Source of the DNA: an uncultured delta proteobacterium
GTDB taxonomy: Bacteria > Desulfobacterota > Binatia > UBA9968
DNA: 64,000 nucleotides
NCBI GenBank assembly: GCA_963745035.1
Contig: CAVUVW010000014.1
Location: 320,001 to 384,000 of the forward strand
Direction: 5' to 3'
This document shows positions 36,141 through 49,685 of this stretch, piece by piece (positions within the stretch are counted from its first letter, which is position 1; each line of letters opens with the position of its first letter). Both the position numbers and the translations under genes were made by a program. The notes under the pieces are model-generated. The model was given only the letters and a program-made list of their open reading frames with translations, searched no databases and was not told the origin of the DNA.

Positions 36141-36604
36141 TCAAAACTTCTCGTCCTCTTCCGCGATCAGCGTGTAGAGCTCCTGGCTGGCTCTGCGCCG
36201 CCATCAGACGGTGCCGAAATCCGTCGTCCTTGAGCAGGCGGGAGATCCGCGCCAGCGCCTTTAAATGATCCGCCGCGGCGTTTTGCGGCGCGATCAAAGC
36301 AAAGAACAAATGGGTCGGCTCGCCGTCCAACGACGCGAAGTCGATCCCCTCCTGGCTGCGCGCAAACACGCCCACAACCCGATCCACGCTCGGCAGCTTG
36401 CCGTGGGGAATGGCCACGCCCTCGCCAATGGCGGTCGTGCTGATGCGCTCGCGCTCGAGCAAGCACGTCGAGAACTTGCTTCCCATCGAGCTCCCGGTGG
36501 CGGGATGCGAGCAAGGCCGCCATCTCTTCGATGGCGCTGTTCTTGTCGCGACACTCGAGCCCGGGGATGACGGAATCGACACTCAAAAAGTCGGTGATTT
36601 TCAC
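36141..36604 (-). CDS. ptsN: PTS IIA(Ntr) nitrogen-regulatory protein (frameshifted)
   Basis: ERE.ISTTAIGEGVAIPH, IDFASLDGEP, HLKALARISR. Confidence 0.9.
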
Positions 36605-36741
36605 GCTTGAACCTTTTGTGAAGCAGCCTGTTCTCGGGCGCGGGAGTAATCGGCGCGCCGCTTCTCTTGCCGATCGCGCGATCGCGGCGCAATGGAGGCC
36701 ATCCGTCATGATCGCCCTTCGACGCGCTCGTCCGGCGGGAC

Positions 36742-38221
36742 TCATCGACGCAGAAAGGGTTGGCGGCGTTTGGAAGAAGGAAGAATGCCCATAGCCTCGC
36801 GGTATTTGGCGACCGTGCGGCGGGCGATATCGATGGAATCGCTCGACAGCATGGCGGCGATGTGCTGATCGCTGTAGGGCTTGCGCGGATCTTCGGCGCC
36901 GATAATGCCGCGAATTTTTTCTTTGACGCTCTCGCTCGCGACGTCCTCGCCGTTGCCGCCCTTGAGCCCGCTCTGGAAAAAGAATTTGAGCTCGAAAAGT
37001 CCCTGGGGCGTGTGCACGTATTTGTTGGCCGTGGCGCGGCTCACGGTGGACTCGTGCATGTGAATGTCCTCGGCAACGTCGCGCAGCACCATCGGCTTGA
37101 GCTGGCTCACGCCGTGGTCGAGAAACTCCTGCTGGAACTTGAAAATGCTTTGCGTGACTCGAAAGAGCGTTTGCTGGCGCTGCTGGATGCTCTTGATCAG
37201 CCAGGTCGCCGCCCGCACTTTTTCTTGCAGATACTGGCGCGCCTGTTCCTCTGCCGCGCCCTCCTGTCCCGCCATCCGGCGGTAAAGCGAGCTCACCCGC
37301 AGGCGCGGCACGCCGTCATCGTTTAAGTAAATCAAATATTCATCGCCGACCTTCTCGACGAAAACATCGGGCAACACGGTACGCACTTCGTCCTGCTCGA
37401 AGCCGCGCGAGGGCTTGGGCTCCAACGATGCGATCAGGTGCGCCGCCTCGGCGATCTCGTCGATGGTGATGGCCAGATCTTTCGCCAGCTTTTCATATCT
37501 TTTGGACTCGAGAAAGCTCAAGTGATCGGCGACGATGCGCGCCGCCAGGCTGTCGCTGAGCTTCAGGTTTTCGAGCTGGACCAGCAAACACTCGCGCAGA
37601 TCGCGCGCGGCGACTCCGACCGGGTCAAAAAACTGAATGCGCCGCAGCACGACTTCGAACTCTTCGGGAGTGCTTTCCGTCGCGTTGCAGATCTCGTCGC
37701 GGCTGAGCGCCAGATAACCGTTCTCATTGAGATTTTGAATGATGTGCAGGCCGATGGTCGATTCGCGCTCGGTAATTTTGGACAGGCGCAGCTGCCAGAT
37801 CAGATGATCTTCCAGGGTGGTTTTCTTGGTCAGGCTGTTTTCCCACGACGGCGGCGAGTCGCCGTCCTCCGACGTCGCTTCGGCCGTGAGCGAGCCGTGA
37901 ATCGAATTGGAATGGGTATCGAGATATTCCTGCCAGTCCAAAGTGCCAATCTTGTCGACAGCGGAAAGCTCGCGGTTGAGCACCGCATCGGTAGCTTTCG
38001 ACACCGGGGATCACCTCCGGAGTTTCGCTGCGCGCCTGCTCGCTGGTTTCACCCTCTTCGGTCGGTCCCTCCTCCAAAGCGGGATTTTCCTGCAGCTCCT
38101 TGGACACCATCTCTTCCAGTTCCACTCGCGAGAGCTGCAGCAGCTTGATCGCCTGCTGCAGCTGCGGCGTCATCACTAGCTGCTGCGCCAGTTTTTGAAC
38201 CTGTCGAATTTCAAGAGCCAT
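36742..38221 (-). CDS. rpoN: RNA polymerase sigma-54 factor (frameshift near 38005)
   Basis: MTPQLQQAIKLLQL region I, HESTVSR, RpoN box ARRTVAKYRE. Confidence 0.96.
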
Positions 38222-38223
38222 AG

Positions 38224-38946
38224 CTAGAACTTAAAACCTTCTCCCAAATAAAATTTGCGCGCCTTGTCGCTGGCGGCGATGGTTTCGGGCGTGCCTTCTT
38301 CGAGCACCACGCCTTCGTTGATGATGTAGGCGCGGTCGCAGATTCCCAGCGTCTCGCGCACGTTGTGATCGGTGATCAAAATGCCGATGCCGGTGCTGAT
38401 CAGCCGGCGCACGATTTTTTGGATTTCCGCCACCGCGATCGGATCGATGCCGGTAAACGGCTCGTCGAGCAGCAAGAAGAACGGCGACAGCACCAGCGCG
38501 CGTGCGATCTCGACTCGCCGGCGCTCGCCGCCGGAGAGCGTGATGGCCATGTGGGTCGCCAGATGCGCGACTCCGAGCATCTTCATCAACGCGTCGGCCC
38601 GTTCGCGCTGCTCGCTCGCGTCCAAGTCCAGGGTCTGAAGGATCGCGCGCAAATTATCTTCCACCGTCAGGCGGCGAAACACCGACGATTCTTGCGGCAG
38701 GTAGCTGATGCCCGCCTGCGCGCGCTGGTGCATCGGCGCGCTCGTCAAGTCGTCGCCGTTCATGGAGACCCGCCCGTCGTCGGGCCGAACCAAACCAACC
38801 ATCATATGAAACGTCGTCGTCTTCCCCGCGCCATTGGGACCGAGTAGACCGACCACCTCGCCGCCTTTGACTTCCAAGCTGATGCCATTAACTACCCGCC
38901 GCCCGCCATAAGATTTTGCGACCGACTCCGCCTTGAGGACGCTCAT
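38224..38946 (-). CDS. lptB: LPS export ABC ATPase
   Basis: GPNGAGKTT, LSGGERRRVEIARAL, LLDEPF, ITDHNVRETL. Confidence 0.95.
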   Translation of the reverse strand: MSVLKAESVAKSYGGRRVVNGISLEVKGGEVVGLLGPNGAGKTTTFHMMVGLVRPDDGRVSMNGDDLTSAPMHQRAQAGISYLPQESSVFRRLTVEDNLRAILQTLDLDASEQRERADALMKMLGVAHLATHMAITLSGGERRRVEIARALVLSPFFLLLDEPFTGIDPIAVAEIQKIVRRLISTGIGILITDHNVRETLGICDRAYIINEGVVLEEGTPETIAASDKARKFYLGEGFKF

Positions 38947-39504
38947 TCTTTCTTGGCGTCCTCTTTTTCCTTGCCCTTGAGATCCTCGGGAAATACTGTC
39001 GCTTCCACGCGTCGCGCTTTGCCGTCCCCTTCCGCCGTCGCCTTGTCTTGCTCGATAAAGTAGATAATCTTGGCGCCGCTCACTTGGCTGTTTCCTTGGC
39101 GCATCACCGGGCTGCCGGTGAGAGTGACGGTCTTGGCCGTGTCGTCGAAAACCGCCTTGTCGCCGGTGGCCACCCGATTGCCCTGGGTGGCATTGACCTT
39201 TCCCTCGGCGACGATTTGTTTCATCTGCTTCATTTCAGGATCGAAGTAGGCGGTAAGCGTCTCGCTGCGCATCGTCATGTCGTTCTGAATCGTCACCACG
39301 CGCCCCTTGTATGTAATCGACTGTTTCTTCTGATCGACTTCCATCCAATCCGCGGTGATGTAGATGGGATCGTTTTTATTGAACTCAAAAGTTGAGCTGC
39401 TTTTCTTGCCATCGTCTTTGGCGCTGGCGGGAGCCTCGCCGGCCAAGGCGGGATGCGCCATCGACAAAAGAATAACGAAAGTTATCAGGCACCAGCCGGC
39501 TCAT
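38943..39504 (-). CDS. lptA: LPS transport periplasmic protein (frameshift in the signal peptide)
   Basis: PIYITAD, GRVVTIQ, A.GKV…ATGDKA…LTGSP OstA-like repeats; position between lptC and lptB. Confidence 0.85.
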
Positions 39505-40136
39505 CGTCTCATCCCCCGACCCGCGCGTTGGCGCGAGGCCACGGCCTTTTTTTTGCCGAGCTTTTCGGGCTCGATCTTCGTCTTGACCGCCTGAATCATG
39601 CGAATCTTTTTCTCCTCCAACTCCACTTCCATGCGGGCGCCTTCCACGGAAATCCCCTCACCGACGACGGTCGTGCGACTCGGGAGCACGATCTGGTCCG
39701 TAGCGGGCGTGTAGTTCGCCTCCTCGGACTTGAGCACGTAGCCTTGAAAAGTCACTTCGATGCCGCCCCGCAGCTCCATTCGTTCCAGCTCTTTTTCATT
39801 GAGATAGATAACCGCCTGGTCTCCTTGAGTCTCGGCCACTTCGCCCTTCTTGTCATAGTAGTAAAATCGCGGCTTTTTGATCACCGCTTCTTTTCGTTCC
39901 TTGTAGTAATTGGCTTCCTCGCCGAAAAGCTCCCAGACCTTGCGGCCGTCTTCGATCTTGGATCGATGAAAGTCTTTTATTTGAAGGGCGGACTCAGGCA
40001 GGTAATCGAGGGCCTTCAGTGGATTTGCCTTAATTTCTTTTTGCACGCGACCGACGATCTCCGCGACTTTGTAGGTCACCCCTCCCAAAGAAGCGAGAAT
40101 CCCGGCCAACAGAATATATCGCCTGACTTTACGCAT
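39501..40136 (-). CDS. lptC: LPS export protein LptC
   Basis: N-terminal TM, beta-jellyroll-like sequence, synteny. Confidence 0.8.
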   Translation of the reverse strand: MRKVRRYILLAGILASLGGVTYKVAEIVGRVQKEIKANPLKALDYLPESALQIKDFHRSKIEDGRKVWELFGEEANYYKERKEAVIKKPRFYYYDKKGEVAETQGDQAVIYLNEKELERMELRGGIEVTFQGYVLKSEEANYTPATDQIVLPSRTTVVGEGISVEGARMEVELEEKKIRMIQAVKTKIEPEKLGKKKAVASRQRAGRGMRR

Positions 40137-40236
40137 GACGCCTCACGTAAAGTGCAAAAGTACCACTCTTCAGGAAGCCTGTAAAGGAAGCGGCATGAAT
40201 ATTGCTAAAATTGCTCTGAAAACTGAAAAAACTCTT

Positions 40237-40777
40237 TTATCTTCCGACGATCTTAGCGATCAACCCCGACCACTGGCCCTGGCTTTTGAGCAGCAGCTCA
40301 GCGACTTCGCGCACCGCGCCGTGTCCGCCGCGGGCAGCGGTTACGAAGTCGGCGGCAGCGCGAACGCCTTCCCAGCCGTCGGCGACCGAAAAGGCGACGC
40401 CCGCGCGGCGTAACAGCGGGAGATCGACGATGTCGTCGCCCATGAAGGCAATCTGGGCGTCGCTCAAGCCGGCGCCTTTGCCGGATCGACTCGTAGGCCG
40501 CGAGTTTGTCGCGCACTCCTTGTCGGAGGAGACGAACGCCGAGATCCCTGGCGCGATGGCGCACGCTGGCTGAAGAGCGGGCCGTTAGGAAGCCGACTTC
40601 GATCCCGCCGCGCAAGAGCAGAGCGATGCCCTGCCCGTCGCGCACATGAAAGTGCTTGGTTTCGACGCCGCGGTCGTCGACGATGATGCGGCCGTCGGTG
40701 AGCACGCCGTCGACGTCGAGCAGCAGCAACACGATATTTTTGGCCTTGCTGCGAAGGCGCGCGGGAATACGCTTCAC
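40237..40777 (-). CDS. kdsC: KDO-8-phosphate phosphatase (HAD family; frameshift near 40475)
   Basis: LLDVDGVLTDG, FHVRDG.GI, GDDIVD, GG.GAVRE. Confidence 0.9.
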
Positions 40778-40788
40778 GGCGCGCTCGC

Positions 40789-41767
40789 TCAGATCCCCGT
40801 CTTGAGAATGTCGTGGAGATGAATGATGCCGACGGGTTTGCGGCCGCCGTCGAGCACGAACAGGCAAGTGATCGGACGCGTGGGGTTCGCTTCCATTTCC
40901 GCCAGCGCCTGGGCGGCGAGCGCGTCTTTGTCGATGGTCCGCGGACGGGCAGTCATGACCTCGTCGGCTTTCTTGTGGAGAATCCCATCGCCGTGAGCTT
41001 GCAATCCGCGGCGCACGTCGCCGTCGGTGATGATGCCGACGAGCGCGCCGCTTCGCGTCGATTACGCCGGTCACGCCCAAGCGCTTGGAGGTGATCTCGA
41101 ACAGGGCGTCCTTGACGGACATGTCGTGGCGTACCAACGGCAGTTCCTCGCCTCGATGCATCAAGTCCTCGACGCGTAAAATCAGTCTGCGGCCCAAAAT
41201 ACCGCCGGGATGGCGCACCGCGAAGTCTTCTTCCTTGAAGCCCTTCTGTTCCAGCAACACAACCGCCAGGGCGTCGCCCATCGCCAGCGCCACCGTCGTG
41301 CTCGCGGTGGGAGCCAATCCCAGCGGGCAGGCCTCCTTCACACGGACGTTGAGCACCACGTCGCCCGCGCGGGCGAGCGACGACTCCGGATTGCCAGTCA
41401 TGACGATCAATTTGATACCGTGCAGCTTGAAATGCGGCAGCAGCTTGAGAATCTCCTCGGTCTCGCCGCTGTTGGAGACCGCGAGGATCACATCGCCCTT
41501 CATCACCATGCCGAGATCGCCGTGCATGCCATCGCCGGAGTGGAGAAAAAACGCCGGTGTGCCGGTGCTCGCAAAAGTCGCGGCGATCTTACGGCAGATC
41601 AAACCGGACTTTCCCAGCCCGGTCACCACCACCTTGCCGCGACATTGGCGCAACATCTGCACCGCGCGCACGAAGCTCTCATCCAGGCGCTCGACCATGG
41701 AGAGAATTCCCTCCGCTTCGATGCGCAGCACGTCGGCGGCGCGCGTGAGCGCTGCGCTCGATTTCAC
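40789..41767 (-). CDS. kdsD: Arabinose-5-phosphate isomerase (SIS + CBS; frameshift near 41055)
   Basis: [34 protein letters not shown]; CBS pair. Confidence 0.92.
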
Positions 41768-42621
41768 GCCCGCCCGCCGTGCGCCTGCTTCACCAGCGCG
41801 TCCACCTGCTTGACGACCCGCAAGAGACCTTCGAAATCTTCCAGTTTGAGCGAATTGGGGCCATCGCTCATGGCGTGGTCGGGATCTTCATGCACTTCCA
41901 TAAAAAGCGCGTCCACACCGGCGGCGACTCCGGCCCGCGCCAGCGCGGGAATATACTTCCGTTCGCCACCCGAAGCATTGCCTAGCCCGCCCGGCAGCTG
42001 CAGACTGTGGGTGGCATCGAAGACCACCGGATAGCCGAGCTCGCGCATGACCACCAGCGAGCGCATGTCGGAAACCAGATTATTATAGCCAAAGGAAGCG
42101 CCGCGCTCGGTGAGCAGAACCTGATCGTTGCCGGCGGCGAGGATTTTGTCGAGCACGTTGCTCATGTCCCAGGGCGCGAGAAATTGCCCTTTCTTTACGT
42201 TGACGACTTTTCCCGAGCGCGCCACCGCCAAAACAAAGTCGGTCTGGCGGCAGAGAAACGCCGGGATCTGCAAGACGTCCGCCACCTCTTTCACCGCCGC
42301 CACCTGATCGATCTCGTGAACATCGGTAAGAATCGGCACGCCGATTCGCGCTTTGACCTCGGCGAGGATTTCCAACCCCTTTTTCAGGCCGGGACCGCGG
42401 AAGGAGTTGACCGAAGAGCGGTTCGCCTTGTCGTAGGAAGATTTAAAAATATAGGAAACGCCGGCTCGGTCGGCTTTTTCTTTCAGCGCCGCGGCGTGGC
42501 GTAGCGCCGCTTCCCTGCTTTCGATCACGCACGGACCGGCGATGACGGCCAGCGGCGCGTTCCCGCCGATTTCAATGCGCCCGACTTTGACGACTTTGGT
42601 TGCCATCGAGATCAAGGCCAT
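41764..42621 (-). CDS. kdsA: KDO-8-phosphate synthase
   Basis: [36 protein letters not shown]. Confidence 0.96.
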   Translation of the reverse strand: MALISMATKVVKVGRIEIGGNAPLAVIAGPCVIESREAALRHAAALKEKADRAGVSYIFKSSYDKANRSSVNSFRGPGLKKGLEILAEVKARIGVPILTDVHEIDQVAAVKEVADVLQIPAFLCRQTDFVLAVARSGKVVNVKKGQFLAPWDMSNVLDKILAAGNDQVLLTERGASFGYNNLVSDMRSLVVMRELGYPVVFDATHSLQLPGGLGNASGGERKYIPALARAGVAAGVDALFMEVHEDPDHAMSDGPNSLKLEDFEGLLRVVKQVDALVKQAHGGRA

Positions 42622-42627
42622 TGCCCG

Positions 42628-45063
<2,436 letters not shown>

Positions 45064-45121
45064 TCATTAACTCAGATGTGAAAACGCGTACACTGGCATC
45101 ATCGTCGGGACGGGTTCCGCC

Positions 45122-45165
45122 AAAAAGAAAAAACCGTAACCGCTTTCGGCGAAAGCGCATTACGG
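45122..45165 (-). terminator. Leader terminator/attenuator upstream of kdsB-pyrG
   Basis: CCGTAA-TG-CGCTTTC-GCC-GAAAGCG-G-TTACGG followed by T6CT5. Confidence 0.75.
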
Positions 45166-45171
45166 AATTTT

Positions 45172-45200
45172 AATATACGCGGCGCATAAAAATGTGTCAA
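45172..45200 (-). promoter_or_regulatory. sigma70 promoter for the kdsB-pyrG operon
   Basis: TTGACA(45200-45195)-17-TATATT(45177-45172). Confidence 0.8.
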
Positions 45201-45424
45201 CGAGTTTCTGCCAATGGTGCTCAGGGAAATTCGAATTCCATCCACGGGAATTCGTGCCGTCATGCGCGCGCGAAAAAATTACCGCAAAAACTTCGATAAG
45301 CGCAACCGGCGCTACCGTCGATCGAAAGGCGCATGACCACGTGAGCGCGCGGGAGAATGTCGCAGCATGGTTGGAAAGCCCAAGAATAGGGGATGGAGAG
45401 CGCGCAGGCAGGCCGCCGAAACGC

Positions 45425-48400
45425 TCAGGATGTCCGCAGCGACCACTCCAAAACCGGCTCGGTCGGGCGCTCGCCGGCGGCGACCTCGATGCGATCTCGA
45501 CCGGTCTCCTTGGCGCGGTAAAGCGCGTGATCGGCCGCCTGCAGCAGCGATTGGCTGGTGCGCCCGTGCACCGGATAGAACGCCACACCCATGGAGACCG
45601 TCACCGCCTGGATCGATTGACCTTCCTCGCGCACGATCATGCCAGAGAGGTCGCTGCGCAGCTGTTCAAGCCGCTGGCGGGCGTCGTCCACGGAGATATC
45701 GGGGAGGATAATCACGAATTCTTCGCCGCCGTAGCGGCAGACGATGTCGCTGCCGCGAAACTTGGCTTTCAGCAGCTCGCTCCACTCGCGCAGCACGGCG
45801 TCAGCCGCGGTGTGGCCGAAGGTGTCGTTGAGGCGCTTGAAGTGATCGATATCCACCATCGCCACTACGACCGTCCTGCCCAACCGCTCGGCCCGGCTCA
45901 ATTCGCGGATCAGAGAGTCCTCCATGTAGCGGCGGTTGAACAGTCCCGTTTGCGGATCGCGGATGCTCTGGTTCTTGAGCGTCTCCCGCAGGCGGAGATT
46001 GGCGAGAATCAACGACAGCTGCTCGGCGGCGGCGAGCGCCGACTGGGCGATGATGTTTCTCACCCCTTCGTGGCTCTCGGCATAGCGAATATGCAGCAAG
46101 CCCATGATTTCACCGTGGGCGACCATGGGCAGACACAAATACGCTGTGCCGTTCTCCAGCTCGACGTGTTTGCAGACGAGGTCCGTTTCCTCGGACGCCA
46201 TGCCGTGCGGCTTGTTGCGCCGCAGCGCCCAGCAGTCCTCGGGGTCGAGAATCTTGTCGAACTCGCCGTTGGGCTCGCCCCAGTGGCTCACGCTTTCGAG
46301 CAGGTTGCGCGAGGCGGCGATCATGTAGAGCACCCCGCGGGTGCCGCGCAGCAGCAAGGGCAGGCGGCGCGAGATCACGTTGTGGGCCTCGTCCAGGTTG
46401 CGGCACGATTCCAGCAGCTCGACCATCTCGCTGACGAGCCTCATTTCCTGGTTGCGCCGCTCGAGCTCAAGCACCGAGCGTTGCAGATCGTCGTGGGCCT
46501 GCTGGAGCTCGCTTTCGACCAATCGCCGCTGGGCGTTTTCGGCTTCGAGCTCCTTGGTTCGTTCGGTCACCCGATGCTCCAGGTTGGCGTTGAGCGCCTG
46601 CACTTCGCCGGTGCGTTCGGCCACCCGGCGCTCGAGCGTCACGTTGAGCGCGCGGATTTCCTCCTCCACTCGCTTGCGCTCGGTGATGTCGACCACCGAA
46701 GCCAGCACCTCGGTGCCGCCGGGCGCGGGAATCGCATTCAGGCTGATTTCGACGGGAATCTCTGTGCCGTCGCTGCGCAGCGCGAACAGCTCGCGGCCCC
46801 GGCCGATGGAGCGCGGCTCGGTTCGATCGAAAACCTGCTCGGAATGGCCGGCCTGCGCGGCGCGGAAGCGGGCCGGCAGCAAAAATTCGGTGGGCTTGCC
46901 GAGCAGCTCTTCGCGCGAATACCCGAACAATTGCTCCACTTGCGAATTGACCAGAGTGATCGTGCCGCTTTCGTCGATGCGCAGCATGCCGTAGGGCGCC
47001 GACTCCACCACCAGGCGCAGTTGCTCCTCGGCCGATTTCTGCTCGCTGTTATCGACGTACATGGCGCGGGTGCCGACGATTTCGCCGGCGCTGTTGCTGA
47101 CCGGATCTCCCCGCACCAGCACCGGGATCAGCGCGCCGTCGCTGGCGATCAGCTCGCGGTCGCCGGAGACGACATTGCCTTGCATGGCGTCGCGGTAGCC
47201 GTTGTCTCCCAGCAGTTTGAGGCGCGACGACGGCGAATGAAAGTCGGCAAGCGGACGACCGATGACATCCTTGCGCGCGTATTTCAGCGTCTTCAAGAAG
47301 ACTTCATTGCAGTCGGTGATCACCGGCGCGCCGTTTTCATCGCCGGTGAGGACGTACATGGCGGGCGCCGCGTCGAACAGCGCGCGGTAGTGCCTCTCGG
47401 CGAGTTGCATCTGCAGCAGCGCGCGGTCGCGCATTCTGAGATAAAGGATCAGCGCGGCGGTAATCAGAATGCCGATCAGCAGCACCCCGAGGCTGTCCCA
47501 AATTGCTCCAATACCTGGGTAACTCGCGCCTGGCCGTGCCACCAGCAGCAACTCTCGGCCGCCGAGCGCCAACTGTGCCGCCTGGTGCGAGCCGATTTGC
47601 GCTTGCACGAGCTTCTGCACGTTGGCGGCCGGGAGTGACTCGTTCCACCCTCCAGACGTCGCCGCGAACGACGCCAGGTGCAGCGGCTCCTCGTCGTCGG
47701 TCACGTCGAGCAGATGGATTTCCCGGTTGCGAAACGATCCAACGGCCGCGGCGGATTTGGCCAATTCGATGATCGGAATTTCGATTCGAACTATTCCCAA
47801 GAACTTTTCCCGTCGCTGCGCCACCGAGGCGGGATCGGCCTCGTGATCGAGATAGAGCGGATCGTAAAGGTAGAGCCGCGGTCGGTCCTTTTTTCCGCGC
47901 GCCGTGCTCGCGAACGAAGCGGTGGTGCGATTAAAATCGCGCGCCGCATTGAGCACCGCCGCTGTTTCCGGAATCGACGCCAAGTCCAGCCCGATCTCGC
48001 TTGGGTGATCGCCCACCGGCTCGGAAAAGAGAATCGGATAGTATTCCGGGCGGCTCCCCGCCGCTACCCGCTCGCCGAGGGTCGTCCATTCGAAAACTTC
48101 GAACTGGGGCGCGCCGTCCACCCGGGCGCGCGCCTCGAACTGTGCCCGCCCCTCGATCTTGACCCGCGGCACCCATTGCAGCTGCGCCGGGGGCCGGTCA
48201 CCGCCGGAAAGCCGTGCGAGGAACTTACGAAAGTCCGCGCGCCGCACGCCCTCCGCGGTGGTCAGCAGACCTTTGACCGCGCGCGAGCGCTCCACTGCGC
48301 GTTCACTACTTCTTTCGACTTGGCGTGCCAGCTCGTGGACATCCTGGCGCAGTTTTTCATTGGCGGAAACGATTTTGTTTTGCCACATGAGATAGGAAAC

Positions 48401-49051
48401 CACCAAGGAGAGGCCGAGCCAAACCGTCGTGATCGGGAAAACGATGGGCGTGAGCGCGCCCCGCCGGCGCCAGGTGAGAATCATCATCATCAGCAGGGGC
48501 GTCAACGTCAATATCCCCGCATAGTCGCTCACCCACAAGGTGAGCCACACCGACGCCGCCTCGCTTGTCGAAAGCGCTTGAGTGATTTTCAGCGCCGCCG
48601 CCGCGACCGACGGCGAGATCACCGAGCTGAGCGCCACCAGCCCGATGAAAAGAAGAATATCGCGTGCGGTACTCGGCGCGCGCCGTAAATGCGGGGCCTC
48701 GCTGTGGACGCAAAGATCGGGGATGAAGCGGCGAATCAACAGCGTCGCCGTCAACATTTGCAGAGCCGCCGCCGTGGCGATCGCCAGTGGTGCCGCCGGC
48801 GCCGCCAGACCGTCGAGCGCTTGAAAACTCACGATCAACGCGCCGATCCAGACGCCGATGCCGCCGCGATAGCCGATCGCCAGGCCGACCGTCAGAGCAA
48901 TCGCTGCCGGCGGCGAGAGCGGAGAACCGTGGCCGTACAAAGATAAATGGGGCTTGATCTGGGCGCTCAGAACATACAGGACGGCGACGACGACTGCTTC
49001 AAGCAACAATCGGAGCGGCAGCCGTGTCGAAATTGCTTTCATTCCTTGCAC
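45425..49051 (-). CDS. Diguanylate cyclase (MASE1-CHASE-PAS-PAS-GAF-GGDEF)
   Basis: Multi-TM N-terminus, CHASE-like WVPRV…YYPI…GLDL, two PAS/PAC domains, D.QTGLFNRR, RGSD I-site, RYGGEEF. Confidence 0.92.
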   Translation of the reverse strand: MQGMKAISTRLPLRLLLEAVVVAVLYVLSAQIKPHLSLYGHGSPLSPPAAIALTVGLAIGYRGGIGVWIGALIVSFQALDGLAAPAAPLAIATAAALQMLTATLLIRRFIPDLCVHSEAPHLRRAPSTARDILLFIGLVALSSVISPSVAAAALKITQALSTSEAASVWLTLWVSDYAGILTLTPLLMMMILTWRRRGALTPIVFPITTVWLGLSLVVSYLMWQNKIVSANEKLRQDVHELARQVERSSERAVERSRAVKGLLTTAEGVRRADFRKFLARLSGGDRPPAQLQWVPRVKIEGRAQFEARARVDGAPQFEVFEWTTLGERVAAGSRPEYYPILFSEPVGDHPSEIGLDLASIPETAAVLNAARDFNRTTASFASTARGKKDRPRLYLYDPLYLDHEADPASVAQRREKFLGIVRIEIPIIELAKSAAAVGSFRNREIHLLDVTDDEEPLHLASFAATSGGWNESLPAANVQKLVQAQIGSHQAAQLALGGRELLLVARPGASYPGIGAIWDSLGVLLIGILITAALILYLRMRDRALLQMQLAERHYRALFDAAPAMYVLTGDENGAPVITDCNEVFLKTLKYARKDVIGRPLADFHSPSSRLKLLGDNGYRDAMQGNVVSGDRELIASDGALIPVLVRGDPVSNSAGEIVGTRAMYVDNSEQKSAEEQLRLVVESAPYGMLRIDESGTITLVNSQVEQLFGYSREELLGKPTEFLLPARFRAAQAGHSEQVFDRTEPRSIGRGRELFALRSDGTEIPVEISLNAIPAPGGTEVLASVVDITERKRVEEEIRALNVTLERRVAERTGEVQALNANLEHRVTERTKELEAENAQRRLVESELQQAHDDLQRSVLELERRNQEMRLVSEMVELLESCRNLDEAHNVISRRLPLLLRGTRGVLYMIAASRNLLESVSHWGEPNGEFDKILDPEDCWALRRNKPHGMASEETDLVCKHVELENGTAYLCLPMVAHGEIMGLLHIRYAESHEGVRNIIAQSALAAAEQLSLILANLRLRETLKNQSIRDPQTGLFNRRYMEDSLIRELSRAERLGRTVVVAMVDIDHFKRLNDTFGHTAADAVLREWSELLKAKFRGSDIVCRYGGEEFVIILPDISVDDARQRLEQLRSDLSGMIVREEGQSIQAVTVSMGVAFYPVHGRTSQSLLQAADHALYRAKETGRDRIEVAAGERPTEPVLEWSLRTS

Positions 49052-49685
49052 ACTATCGCCGAAACTGGCATCCCGCGGATTCGTTCTGAGCGTCGTTCTA
49101 TTCCAATGCCGGATACGACGAATTAGAGATCGAAGCAGCGCGATGCATCTGAGAAAGCCGACGCGCTCGTCAAAGATATTTCAAATCAATTATCCGCTCT
49201 CCGCGGATGCCTTGTCAATCACGCGCAGGCCGTCGTTGAAAGCGCCCGTTCAGGTGATCGCGGGCGCACCGTGCTCATTTCATCCTGAATCTCAATTTGA
49301 CCGACCATGTCGTCGCCGGTCACGTAGCCTTTCCGCGTTTCGATTGAGTTTGGCTTGCGCGATGCCGCCGAACGGAGCAACGACGTGCCTACAAACGCTT
49401 GAAGGACTGATCCCGGCGACGACGTCGGAAACATAAAATGACGGCGGTCTCGGTAATCGGTCGAATAGCGGGCATGCGAGATTTCATGGGATGTCCAGCG
49501 CGGCCGTTTTTCAAAGGCGAGCCTGGTATTGCAATCGCGCATCGGCGGCTTGGCTGCGAACCTCTTGAAACCTCTTGACTGCTCACGGCCTGAGCGTGCT
49601 AGGAGGATAGTTTAGTTGCTCGGCGAATATCGCACAATGTAGGAAATCGCGATAAGTTCGCCAGAAACGTACTTGCGAGAGCAAA

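Noticed and set aside
45194-47638. 814-aa plus-strand ORF
   Set aside because: Antisense shadow of the diguanylate cyclase in GC-rich DNA, with no recognisable motifs
49052-49680. Coding or riboswitch content upstream of the diguanylate cyclase
   Set aside because: The short ORFs have no recognisable motifs and I could not build a c-di-GMP or other riboswitch consensus
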